DNA of 63,324 nucleotides, counting the filler. It is 4 parts of 4 records of this genome, joined end to end, with 100 filler letters (N's around TTAATTAATTAA, not from the genome) between each part and the next. Parts side by side here need not be neighbours in the genome. Positions count along the whole stretch, not along the records: positions 34,301 to 54,834 come from DRR723986_7546; positions 54,935 to 63,324 come from DRR723986_7573; 2 more parts are not named here. One strand, given 5' to 3'. Each line of letters starts with the position of its first letter. Position 1 is the stretch's first letter. The notes under the pieces were generated by a model. That model was not told the DNA's origin and did not search any database. It saw nothing but the letters and a program-made list of their open reading frames with translations. Positions 47,042 through 56,845 of this stretch are shown here, one piece after another. A program made the position numbers and the translations under genes.

Positions 47042-49006
47042 ATGACCAGGCTTCTGCTGGCTGTTTTCGCGGCCTATCTCCTCCTTGCTGCTCCGACACA
47101 CGCCCAAAGCACTGACGCGCCGCCGTTGCAAACCGTCCTGCAAGAGCATCACGAGTTGGTGGAACGGGCCTCTCGTCGCACCGTGCAGACGGTTATCGAC
47201 GCCCTTATTGACGCCGAGATCGAGGGATTGCCCGCCTTCCTGGAACGCTGGCAGGCGCGAGAGCTGTTCATGCGTGACAGCGACGGGATATTCGTATTTG
47301 TCGAGGATGAAGACGCCGATCCGCTGGTTCTGATCGACATCGACAGCGGTGCGGCCATCGGAACGGCAGGCAGCCGAGATCTGTCGCAACTGCGCCCCAA
47401 TCGCGGGGTTCAAACCGTGATCGGCGCGGCATTGGTGCAATATCAGCTGCGTTCCGACGATCCCGAATTGCGTGCCACCGCCCTTTCTGCCATCGACCGG
47501 GCGCCCGCTGCCGAGCAAATCCCGATGATTGCCGCGATGCTGGCCGCAGAGCCAAACCCTGATTTGCGTATGCAGGCGCAATGGCTTCTGACCCGCATGA
47601 CAATAGCGTATGGTGATACGGACGCCGACCGTGTCGCCGCGATCGAAAGCCTGCAAGGCGATCTGCGGGTAGAGGCGCGCGCCGCGTTGAACCCGCTGTT
47701 GACCACGCGTCGCATCGTTGCCGAACAGCTTCCCGAGGGCGCGAATATCGCGCGGGTTCTGGAACCGGGCAGCGACGGGCTGAGCCTGGATGACGCTTAT
47801 TCTATGCTGGTCGACGAAGGCCTTGCTCCGCCAGTGATCACCGCTTCCGATGTGCGCGACGCGCTGATCGCCAATATCGACGCGGGCGAGGTGGCCGGTT
47901 TCCCCGTCCACATGCTTGGCACCGACGCCGCACGGGCCGAGGCCTATGATGCCCTGATAGACGCCGGGTTGGCAGAGCCGTTCCTGTCTGACAGTGACCG
48001 CCTTGCCCTGATCGAAAGCCATACGTTCTACGACCGCTTCGATGAACCATCATCGGCCGTGACAGATGCCGCCACAACAACCGTGCGGGCGATCAATCTG
48101 CGTGTCGGTGCGCTTGAGTTTGTCGATCTGTCGCTCGACGGCATTTCGCTCGCGTCGATCTACTTTCTGGCGGCCATCGGTCTGGCCATCACGTTCGGCG
48201 TCATGGGGGTGATCAACATGGCCCACGGAGAGTTCATCATGATGGGGGCCTACACCGGATACGTGGTTCAAACCATTGTCCCCGACTATACCCTGTCTAT
48301 CGTCCTCGCCCTGCCGCTGGCTTTCATTCTGACATTCGGGGCAGGTGTCGCGATGGAACGACTGGTGATCCGCTGGCTTTATGCCCGACCGCTGGAAACG
48401 TTGCTGGCCACCTTCGGCATCTCCATTGCGCTGCAACAGATCGTCCGGCAGGTCTTCGGCGCGCAGGCGCGGCCCTTTACAGCGCCGGATTGGCTGGCCG
48501 GGTCACTGGTCTTCAACGACGTGGTGGCGATCAGCTATATCCGCATCGCGATCTTTGCCCTCGGGGTGATGTTTTTCTGCCTGCTGTGGCTGATCCTGAA
48601 CAAGACCCGACTGGGGTTGGAGGTGCGGGCCGTCACACAGAACCCCTCGATGGCGTCCTCGATGGGGATCAACCCCGACCGCATCAACATGCTGACTTTC
48701 GGGCTTGGTTCCGGGATTGCAGGGATCGCAGGCGTGGCCATCGGGCTGTTTGCACAAGTGACACCGGAACTTGGGGCCAATTACATCGTTCAAAGCTTCA
48801 TGACCGTGGTCGTGGGCGGTGTCGGGAATGTCTTTGGCGCGCTTGCCGGGGCTTCGTTGATCGGCTTCCTGCAAAAATGGATCGAGTGGCTGAACCCTTC
48901 GAACACGCTGGCAGCCCAGACCTACATGATCCTCTTCGTCATTCTCTTCATTCAGTTCCGGCCAAAGGGCATCGTTGCCCTCAAGGGCCGCGCGGCGGAG
49001 GCCTGA
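47042..49006 (+). CDS. urtB: Urea ABC transporter permease with a long periplasmic N-terminus
   Basis: AAIGLAITFGVMGVINMAHGEFIM, RPLETLLATFG, FIQFRPKG. Confidence 0.95.
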   Translation: MTRLLLAVFAAYLLLAAPTHAQSTDAPPLQTVLQEHHELVERASRRTVQTVIDALIDAEIEGLPAFLERWQARELFMRDSDGIFVFVEDEDADPLVLIDIDSGAAIGTAGSRDLSQLRPNRGVQTVIGAALVQYQLRSDDPELRATALSAIDRAPAAEQIPMIAAMLAAEPNPDLRMQAQWLLTRMTIAYGDTDADRVAAIESLQGDLRVEARAALNPLLTTRRIVAEQLPEGANIARVLEPGSDGLSLDDAYSMLVDEGLAPPVITASDVRDALIANIDAGEVAGFPVHMLGTDAARAEAYDALIDAGLAEPFLSDSDRLALIESHTFYDRFDEPSSAVTDAATTTVRAINLRVGALEFVDLSLDGISLASIYFLAAIGLAITFGVMGVINMAHGEFIMMGAYTGYVVQTIVPDYTLSIVLALPLAFILTFGAGVAMERLVIRWLYARPLETLLATFGISIALQQIVRQVFGAQARPFTAPDWLAGSLVFNDVVAISYIRIAIFALGVMFFCLLWLILNKTRLGLEVRAVTQNPSMASSMGINPDRINMLTFGLGSGIAGIAGVAIGLFAQVTPELGANYIVQSFMTVVVGGVGNVFGALAGASLIGFLQKWIEWLNPSNTLAAQTYMILFVILFIQFRPKGIVALKGRAAEA

Positions 49007-49009
49007 ACC

Positions 49010-50188
49010 ATGTGGGAGTTCTGTGCACAAAATCGTTCGGTGCCGGTGATGCTGGGGGTTCTGGCATGCTTCGCGCTTGGCATCACGTTGCTGGCCGAAG
49101 GATATGGAATGGGGACAATCTCGACATCGCTGGTCAAGACCCTCGGGATGACTGTGTGCCTGTGCATCATCGCGTTGGCGATGGACATGGTCTGGGGCTA
49201 TTGCGGCATCCTGAGCCTTGGGCATTTCGCCTTCTTCGCGCTTGGTGGCTACATGATAGGCATGTGGCTGATGTATGCCCGCACCGAAAGCGTCATCACT
49301 GCGTCGATGGCGCAGGGGCAGCTTCCGCCGACCCCGACCGAACTGGCCGATGCCATTGCCATCCAGATCTTTGGGGTCGTGGGCGGTGACAGCCTGCCAT
49401 GGATGTGGGCCTTTGCCGACAGCCTGTTTGCCCAACTGGTGCTTGTGGTGCTGGTTCCGGGGGTGCTGGCGCTTGTCTTCGGGTGGCTTGCCTTCCGGTC
49501 GCGCGTGACCGGCGTCTACCTGTCGATCCTGACCCAAGCGATGACTTTGGCGCTGTCGCTTTACCTGTTCCAGAACGACACCGGATTGCGCGGGAACAAT
49601 GGCCTGTCCGGTTTGCAGAACATCCCAGGTGCCGAGGATGTGCCGCAAAGCCTGCTGTCCATCTGGTTTCTGTGGGCCTCGGTGCTGGCCCTGGCGGTTG
49701 CCTATGTCTTTGCGGCCTGGGTGATGTCGGGCAAATTCGGCAGTGTTATCCGGGGCATCCGGGATGACGAGGCGCGGGTCCGGTTTCTTGGCTATTCGGT
49801 CGAGGTCTACAAGCTGTTCATCTTTACAGTCACGGCCGTTATCGCAGGCATCGCGGGGGCGCTTTATTACCCGCAGGCAGGCATCATCAACCCCGACGAG
49901 ATGGCCCCGATCGCCTCAATCTACCTGGCGGTCTGGGTCTCCATCGGCGGTCGCGGCCGGCTTTATGGCGCGGTGATCGGCGCGGCTGTCGTGTCGCTGT
50001 TGTCAACCTGGTTCACAGGGGGCCGGGCACCGGATCTCAACCTTGGTTTCTACACCGTTCAATGGGTTGATTGGTGGACCGTGTTGCTGGGGCTTGGGTT
50101 CGTTCTGGTCACGCTGTTTGCCCCCAAAGGCCTGGGCGGCTTGATTGACTTCGCAATCCGCAAACGAACGGAAGAGGGTGCAAAATGA
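49010..50188 (+). CDS. urtC: Urea ABC transporter permease
   Basis: WGYCGILSLGH, FRSRVTGVYLSILTQA, GNNG, IRDDE.RVRFLGY, GGRG. Confidence 0.95.
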   Translation: MWEFCAQNRSVPVMLGVLACFALGITLLAEGYGMGTISTSLVKTLGMTVCLCIIALAMDMVWGYCGILSLGHFAFFALGGYMIGMWLMYARTESVITASMAQGQLPPTPTELADAIAIQIFGVVGGDSLPWMWAFADSLFAQLVLVVLVPGVLALVFGWLAFRSRVTGVYLSILTQAMTLALSLYLFQNDTGLRGNNGLSGLQNIPGAEDVPQSLLSIWFLWASVLALAVAYVFAAWVMSGKFGSVIRGIRDDEARVRFLGYSVEVYKLFIFTVTAVIAGIAGALYYPQAGIINPDEMAPIASIYLAVWVSIGGRGRLYGAVIGAAVVSLLSTWFTGGRAPDLNLGFYTVQWVDWWTVLLGLGFVLVTLFAPKGLGGLIDFAIRKRTEEGAK

Positions 50189-50925
50189 CCACGCTTCTCG
50201 AAGTCTCAGGCGTCTCTGTCACCTTTGATGGGTTCCGTGCGATCAACAACCTGTCGTTCCAGATTGCCGAACCCGAATTGCGCGCGGTGATTGGCCCGAA
50301 TGGCGCTGGCAAGACCACGTTCATGGACATTGTCACCGGCAAGACCCGGCCCGACGAAGGCTATGTACGGTGGGGCGACAAAGGGATTTCCCTGCTCGGC
50401 CTGTCCGAAGCGCGGATTGCCCGCGAAGGCATCGGGCGCAAGTTCCAGCGCCCTACCGTTTTCGAGGATCAGACCGTTGCCGAAAACCTGATGGTGGCCC
50501 TGAAGAAGACCCGCAGACCGCTCAGGGTTCTGTTTTTCAAGCCCACCGCATCCGATTGGGCGCGCGTCGGCGAACTGGCGAGGGAAATCGGGCTGACTGA
50601 TCAGCTGGACGCGGTGGCAGGCATCCTGAGCCACGGCCAAAAGCAATGGTTGGAGATCGGGATGCTGCTGGCGCAAGAGCCACGCTTGCTGCTGGTCGAC
50701 GAACCGGCCGCGGGCATGACCGGACCAGAGCGTGACCACACCACAGAACTGCTGAAGGAAGCGGCACGCACCCGCGCGGTGGTGGTGGTGGAACATGACA
50801 TGGACTTTGTCCGCAAGCTGAACTGCAAGGTGACGGTCCTGCATGAAGGGGCGGTGCTGGCCGAGGGCAGCCTCGATCACGTGACGTCGAACCAGCAGGT
50901 GATCGACGTGTATCTGGGGCGCTGA
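50185..50925 (+). CDS. urtD: Urea ABC transporter ATP-binding protein
   Basis: FDGFRA, GPNGAGKTT, GIGRKFQ, LSHGQKQWLEIGMLL. Confidence 0.95.
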   Translation: MTTLLEVSGVSVTFDGFRAINNLSFQIAEPELRAVIGPNGAGKTTFMDIVTGKTRPDEGYVRWGDKGISLLGLSEARIAREGIGRKFQRPTVFEDQTVAENLMVALKKTRRPLRVLFFKPTASDWARVGELAREIGLTDQLDAVAGILSHGQKQWLEIGMLLAQEPRLLLVDEPAAGMTGPERDHTTELLKEAARTRAVVVVEHDMDFVRKLNCKVTVLHEGAVLAEGSLDHVTSNQQVIDVYLGR

Positions 50926-50928
50926 ACG

Positions 50929-51624
50929 ATGCTGAAAACCAATGACCTGACCCTTCACTATTCCGGCAGTCAGATCCTCTACGGGATTTCATTGGAGGCA
51001 CATGTCGGCCAGGTGACCTGCGTGATGGGCACCAATGGCGTTGGCAAGACCAGCCTGCTCAAGGCCATTGCCGGCACCCATCCCCGATCGGGTGGCAGCC
51101 TTGCCCTGGATGGGGAAGACCTGCCTGCCCTGCCGCCGCACGCAATGGCCAAACGCGGTGTCGGCTACGTTCCGCAGGGGCGCATGATCTTCCCGCTTCT
51201 GACGGTACAGGAGAACCTTGAAACCGGGCTTGCCTGCCTGCCACGTGGCGAACGCATGATCCCCGACCAGATATTCGAGTTGTTCCCAGTCCTGAAGGAC
51301 ATGAAGAACCGGCGCGGCGGTGATCTGTCGGGCGGACAGCAACAGCAATTGGCCATCGGCCGGGCCCTGGTCACCAAACCAAGGCTTCTGTTGCTGGACG
51401 AACCGACCGAGGGTATCCAGCCCAATATCATCCAGCAGATCGGGCGTGTGATCCAGCTGCTGCGCGATCAGGGGGAAATGGCCATCATTCTTGTCGAGCA
51501 GTATTTCGACTTTGCCTACGAGATGGCCGACCGGTTCTACGTCATCGACCGCGGAGCCGTCTCCTACCAGAAAACCAAGTCTGAGCTGTCTCGCGATGAA
51601 CTGGCCAAAGCCTTCACGGTGTAG
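50929..51624 (+). CDS. urtE: Urea ABC transporter ATP-binding protein
   Basis: GTNGVGKT, YVPQGR.IFP, RRGGDLSGGQQQQLAI, DEPTEGIQP, VEQYFDFA. Confidence 0.95.
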   Translation: MLKTNDLTLHYSGSQILYGISLEAHVGQVTCVMGTNGVGKTSLLKAIAGTHPRSGGSLALDGEDLPALPPHAMAKRGVGYVPQGRMIFPLLTVQENLETGLACLPRGERMIPDQIFELFPVLKDMKNRRGGDLSGGQQQQLAIGRALVTKPRLLLLDEPTEGIQPNIIQQIGRVIQLLRDQGEMAIILVEQYFDFAYEMADRFYVIDRGAVSYQKTKSELSRDELAKAFTV

Positions 51625-51629
51625 GCAGG

Positions 51630-53087
51630 TTAGGCCCGGTTCAGAATTGCCTCGGCCTCGATCTCGACGCTGTGATCGCCGATAAGCCCTGCGACTCTGA
51701 CCAGCGTGTTTGCGGGCTTTATCTTGCCGAATACGCGCCCATGCGCCCGCGAAATGGCCAGAACGTCTGCCTCGTCGGTGATGTAGATCCGTGTGCGTGC
51801 AATGTCTTCGACCCTGCCACCAAGCGATATTACCGCCGCAACGATCCGATCGAGGATGTAAGTGGTTTGCGCCCCGGCATCTGCGGGTGCGACCGGACGA
51901 TCCACCCCTGCAATCGCAGTCGTGCCGGATACCAGCACCCTGTCGCCGATCCTCTGCGCGCGGCAATATCCTGCCGCATCCTCCCAGTAGGAACCTGTCA
52001 GCACGCGGGTGGCTGACCCGCCCGCAGGTTCGGGATTGAAGGGTGCAGGGACCGCGTCCAGATGATGCGACAGGTCGCCAGAGGCCGTCAGAAACGGCGG
52101 CTTGCGGTACTCGTCACCACAATCGCCGGGGATCGGTGTTGTGTTGGCGAAGGCCGCGTCGAGAGACGCGCGATCTTCGTCATCGAGCGTAAAAGAAAAT
52201 AGCCGCAGGTTGTCGGCGGTGTGCTCGGCCTCCCCCAATCGCGCCCCGATGATAACACCGGCAACCCGGCGCTGTTCCAGCACCCACCGTGTCGAGACAT
52301 TCGAAATCGAGACGCCATGTTTCTGCGCAATCTCCGAGGCGGCGCTCAGCACCGTCTGAAACGCGTCCCAGCCACCGGCGGTATCAATGAACCGGTGGTA
52401 TTTCATCTTGGACCAGTCGCTGATGTCCTGAGGATCGGGCTGGTCCAGCCACTTGTCCGACAGAAACCCGCCATTAAGCGTTCCATAACCCAGAAGCCAC
52501 GCGCCGTGGCGCTCGCAAACCTCGGCCAGATCGCCCGCCGCGCGCCGGTCGAGCAGGGAGAAGCTGACCTGATTGGTCAGGATCGGCACCCCATCGGATA
52601 GCGCGAGATTGAGATGCGCCGCGTCAAAATTGGTCACGCCCAGTTCCCCTATCAGGCCCTCCTGTCGCAGGCGCGCCAGCTCGTGCAGGGCATCGAGCCA
52701 TTCGGGGTGCTCGAATGTCCACCAGTGGAATTGCAGCAGGTCCACGCGATCCACCTTCAGGCGGCGCAGCCGATCCTCGACACCAGCGTGCACCACGTCC
52801 GCCGTCATCGGCCCCGGCGGCGGACACCACTTGGTGAAGGCCAGCGGACGGGGCGTGCCGCCACGGGCCAGCAGATGCCCGGCGATGATCTCGGCGCTGC
52901 CGTAGTGGTCGGCCATGTCGAAGGTATCAAAGCCCTGCACCACATAAGCCGCCAACCAATCCGCCCCGGAATCGGGGTCGATGATCTGGCCGTCTTTCTC
53001 GATATCCGCGACCTGCCACAGCCCGGTCAGCGCGCGGGAAATCTCCAGCCTGTCGGACAGGCGCAGGCGGTCGGGACGGGTGGGCAT
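51630..53087 (-). CDS. Aldo/keto reductase fused to a C-terminal RidA/YjgF-family domain
   Basis: AKR: GLWQ, TFDMADHYG, TK, DLLQFHWW, GVTNFD, NQV.FSLLDRR. Rid: GS.WED.AGY.RA.R.G..V.VSGTT...PANTLV.V..L......VEIEAEA. Confidence 0.88.
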   Translation of the reverse strand: MPTRPDRLRLSDRLEISRALTGLWQVADIEKDGQIIDPDSGADWLAAYVVQGFDTFDMADHYGSAEIIAGHLLARGGTPRPLAFTKWCPPPGPMTADVVHAGVEDRLRRLKVDRVDLLQFHWWTFEHPEWLDALHELARLRQEGLIGELGVTNFDAAHLNLALSDGVPILTNQVSFSLLDRRAAGDLAEVCERHGAWLLGYGTLNGGFLSDKWLDQPDPQDISDWSKMKYHRFIDTAGGWDAFQTVLSAASEIAQKHGVSISNVSTRWVLEQRRVAGVIIGARLGEAEHTADNLRLFSFTLDDEDRASLDAAFANTTPIPGDCGDEYRKPPFLTASGDLSHHLDAVPAPFNPEPAGGSATRVLTGSYWEDAAGYCRAQRIGDRVLVSGTTAIAGVDRPVAPADAGAQTTYILDRIVAAVISLGGRVEDIARTRIYITDEADVLAISRAHGRVFGKIKPANTLVRVAGLIGDHSVEIEAEAILNRA

Positions 53088-53091
53088 GGCG

Positions 53092-53745
53092 TCACTCCGG
53101 TGGAAGCAAAAAGGTGAAAGAGCGTGTGATATCGGCCTTCAGGGCCGCATGGGCAGCGTCCCGGTCACTGGCACGCAGGGCTGCCATCAGTTCGAAATGA
53201 TGCACGTGTTCTTCGATCTCGGAGGCCGCCGGGCGATTGATGATCAGGTTCAGATAGGCCCCGTATTGCAGCCACAGCGCCTCGACGATGGGCAACAGCA
53301 CCTCGGAACCGCCAATCCGGTAGAGTGTGAAATGGAATTCGTGATTTGTCACCAGATCGGGCGTGTTGCCGGGAACATCCGGAACCCGCGCCAGAACGGC
53401 CTCAAGGGCGGCCAGATCGGCCCCGGTCATCCGATCCATCGCCTGATCCAGCGCCAACGCCTCCATGGCCAACCGCGCGGCCAGCAAATCGCCGGCGCGA
53501 CGCGCGTCGAAGGGCGGCACCATCAGCTTGCGGGAAGGCGTGTCGACAAGCGCGCCTTCGGCAACCAGCCGCCGCACCGCTTCCCGCACCGGGGTCATTG
53601 ATACGCCCAACCGTTCGGCAAGGTCGCGCAGGGTCAGGACATCGCCAGGGGCGAACGCCCCGCGCGTGAAAGCGTCTCGCAACACGAAATAGGCATTTTC
53701 GCGAAGCTTGGTCGGGTCGATACGGGTGATTGCGAGGTCGTTCAT
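53092..53745 (-). CDS. GntR (FCD) family regulator
   Basis: LAERLGVSMTPVREAVRRL..EG, NHEFH, H....AL...D. Confidence 0.93.
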   Translation of the reverse strand: MNDLAITRIDPTKLRENAYFVLRDAFTRGAFAPGDVLTLRDLAERLGVSMTPVREAVRRLVAEGALVDTPSRKLMVPPFDARRAGDLLAARLAMEALALDQAMDRMTGADLAALEAVLARVPDVPGNTPDLVTNHEFHFTLYRIGGSEVLLPIVEALWLQYGAYLNLIINRPAASEIEEHVHHFELMAALRASDRDAAHAALKADITRSFTFLLPPE

Positions 53746-53771
53746 GTGATGCTTGACAGACTCAGCTTATC

Positions 53772-53792
53772 TCTGTGATTAAATATCACAGA
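53772..53792. promoter_or_regulatory. Putative GntR operator
   Basis: Perfect inverted repeat TCTGTGAT-TAAAT-ATCACAGA in the divergent promoter, followed by ATCACAG/ATCGCAG/ATCATAC heptads. Confidence 0.75.
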
Positions 53793-53827
53793 TCGCAGAT
53801 CATACGGCAAGACCGGAAAGGCGGGCG

Positions 53828-54202
53828 ATGGACAAGGACGGCGAACGGGGGTTCTGGCTCCATGATTTGCGGGTGGAAACCGTGCTCGACGGGCGCACCC
53901 CGGTGTGCCGCCATGTCGAGGGCGAGGCCTTTCGCGTGATCGGGGAAAACCTGGTCTTCGATCAGCCGCACAAGCTGTCGATGTACGCGTTGGCCGCGCT
54001 GTTACCGCTTTTGCCTGCCAAGCAACGGCTGACCGATGAAGACGACTGGATGAGCACCGACGCAGAAGTCGCCTGCCCCGATCCCCATTGCGGCGGCCGC
54101 TTCCGCATCATCCGCGAGGACAAGCGGTGGTATTCGCACGCCCAGACCACCGGTCTTCCCGACAAGCGCGACACCCCCTACTGGCAGGAGGCCGACGAAT
54201 GA
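53828..54202 (+). CDS. Small conserved Cys-containing protein (TIGR04076-like)
   Basis: L.DLRVE...C.H..G..F...GENL...S.YALAALLPLLPAKQR...DWM......CPDP.CG..F.I.R. Family recognised from memory. Confidence 0.65.
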   Translation: MDKDGERGFWLHDLRVETVLDGRTPVCRHVEGEAFRVIGENLVFDQPHKLSMYALAALLPLLPAKQRLTDEDDWMSTDAEVACPDPHCGGRFRIIREDKRWYSHAQTTGLPDKRDTPYWQEADE

Positions 54203-54834
54203 CCGTCGAAACCGCAGATCTGCGCCCCGGACATCGGATTTCCCGCGTTATCAAGGGCGGCTGGCAGCTGGCAGGTGATCATGGCGAGGTACGGCGCGAA
54301 CAGGCCATAGCCGATATGGAGGCGTTTCTGGACGCGGGCATCACCACGTTCGACTGCGCCGACATCTATACTGGCGTTGAAGAGATGATCGGTCATTTCA
54401 TCGCCGATATGCGCAACCGGCGCGGGGCCGAGATCGCCGACCGCGTGATGGTCCACACCAAGCTTGTTCCTGATCTTGGTCGTCTGCCGGACATCCGGCC
54501 CGAAGAGGTGGAGGCCATCGTCGATCGGTCGCTGAAACGCTTGCAGATCGAGCGCATTCCGTTGGTACAGTTCTACTGGTGGGACATGTCGATCGGCAAC
54601 GCGGTCGAGGCGCTGGATGTGCTGAAGGACTGCCAGAAGAAGGGCAAGATTGCCAATCTGGGCGCGACCAACTGGAACACGCCGGTGATGGACCGGTTCT
54701 GCGACGCAGGCTTTGATGTGGTGTCGGCGCAAGTGCAGTATTCGGTGCTCGACCGTCGCCCGGCTGGCGCGTTCAGCGACTGGGGTGCGCGGCGCGACGT
54801 GCAGATATTGGCCTATGGCACGCTGGCGGGCGGG
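54199..54834 (+). CDS. Aldo/keto reductase, truncated at contig end
   Basis: ISRVIKGGWQLAG.HG, TFDCADIY, HTK, LVQF.WW, QVQYSVLDRRP. ATGA overlap. Confidence 0.92.
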
Positions 54835-54934
54835 NNNNNNNNNNNNNNNNNNNNNNNNNNNNNNNNNNNNNNNNNNNNTTAATTAATTAANNNNNNNNNN
54901 NNNNNNNNNNNNNNNNNNNNNNNNNNNNNNNNNN
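54835..54934. other. Artificial contig spacer
   Basis: N-run with the TTAATTAATTAA linker. Confidence 0.99.
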
Positions 54935-55711
<777 letters not shown>

Positions 55712-55808
55712 TTAACCCTGCCATCGTTGATTGACGAGGGCATTGAGCTTGATTATTCACGGTAAGTAAGAAGAATAATTCGTCTACTTAGTGATTGGTG
55801 GAAATTTC

Positions 55809-56264
55809 ATGCTTGATGATCTGGATCGGCGCATTCTGCGTCACTTTCAGGCGGATCCCAGCTTGACTACGTCCGAACTGGCTGACCGCTGTCGGATCAC
55901 CTCGGGTGTCTGCTGGCGTCGCATTGAAAAGATGCAATCCACTGGGGTGATCGTTGCGCAGGAGGCGGTGATAGACTGGGGCGCGATGGGCTATGCGGTC
56001 GAAGTGTCTTTGCGGGTGACGTTGGACAAGACGCAGGCGCGGGCTTTTGATGAATTTACGGCTGCTGCGCGGCTTGTGCCCGAAGTGATCGAAATCCAAA
56101 CATTTCTGGGCCGTGTCGATGTGCGCCTTTCGGTGATCGCGCGGGATATGCGCCATTATCAAGAGATTTATCGCGATCGGATCCTGACTTTGCCACACAT
56201 CGCTGACATTGAGGCACTGATGCACATCGCGCGTGTCAAACGCAGCGAGGGGTTGCCGGTATGA
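55809..56264 (+). CDS. Lrp/AsnC family regulator
   Basis: LDDLDRRIL...CWRRIEKM...GVI, followed by a RAM domain. Confidence 0.92.
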   Translation: MLDDLDRRILRHFQADPSLTTSELADRCRITSGVCWRRIEKMQSTGVIVAQEAVIDWGAMGYAVEVSLRVTLDKTQARAFDEFTAAARLVPEVIEIQTFLGRVDVRLSVIARDMRHYQEIYRDRILTLPHIADIEALMHIARVKRSEGLPV

Positions 56265-56734
56265 TCGATTTGGATGATCTGGACCGAAAGCTGCTTTTTA
56301 CCTTGGCGAAAGACGCCACCCAAAGTGCCGGCGCTTTGGGGCGGCGGTTTGGTCTCTCGCAGCCTGCAACATGGCGGCGGATCAAGCGGTTGCAGGATGC
56401 AGGCATTATCAAGGGGCATCGTCTGCGGCTGAATGCCGAGGCTCTGGGCTTTGGGGTGACGGTTTTCCTTGGCGTTAAGCTGGCCCGCAAAGGGCATATC
56501 AGCCTTGATGATTTCGAACGTGCCGTGAGCGCGATCCCCGAGGTGCAGACGGTTGAGCATGTTTTGGGTCTGTATGATTACCGGCTCCGGGTGGTAGCGC
56601 GGGATTTGCCCGACTTTGAACGTGTTCTGCGGCGCCGCATCATGACCTTGCCGGGGGCCGGGGACGTCGAGGCCAACGTCTTGCTGAGCGAAGAGCGCCT
56701 GCCGGGGCCTTTGGGCGTCTCGCTGGGGGATTAA
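56261..56734 (+). CDS. Lrp/AsnC family regulator
   Basis: LDDLDRKLL...LSQPATWRRIKRL..AGII, G.YDY.LRVV..D. Confidence 0.92.
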   Translation: MIDLDDLDRKLLFTLAKDATQSAGALGRRFGLSQPATWRRIKRLQDAGIIKGHRLRLNAEALGFGVTVFLGVKLARKGHISLDDFERAVSAIPEVQTVEHVLGLYDYRLRVVARDLPDFERVLRRRIMTLPGAGDVEANVLLSEERLPGPLGVSLGD

Positions 56735-56845
56735 ATTTCTGATCTATGTCGCAAATGGGCAGTGCAAGTCTCATTCCGATCCAAGTAGGCTTTGCAAGAA
56801 CCCTGACCCCTCGTTAGATCATGAGGGAAAGTTTTTGGAGAGAAC

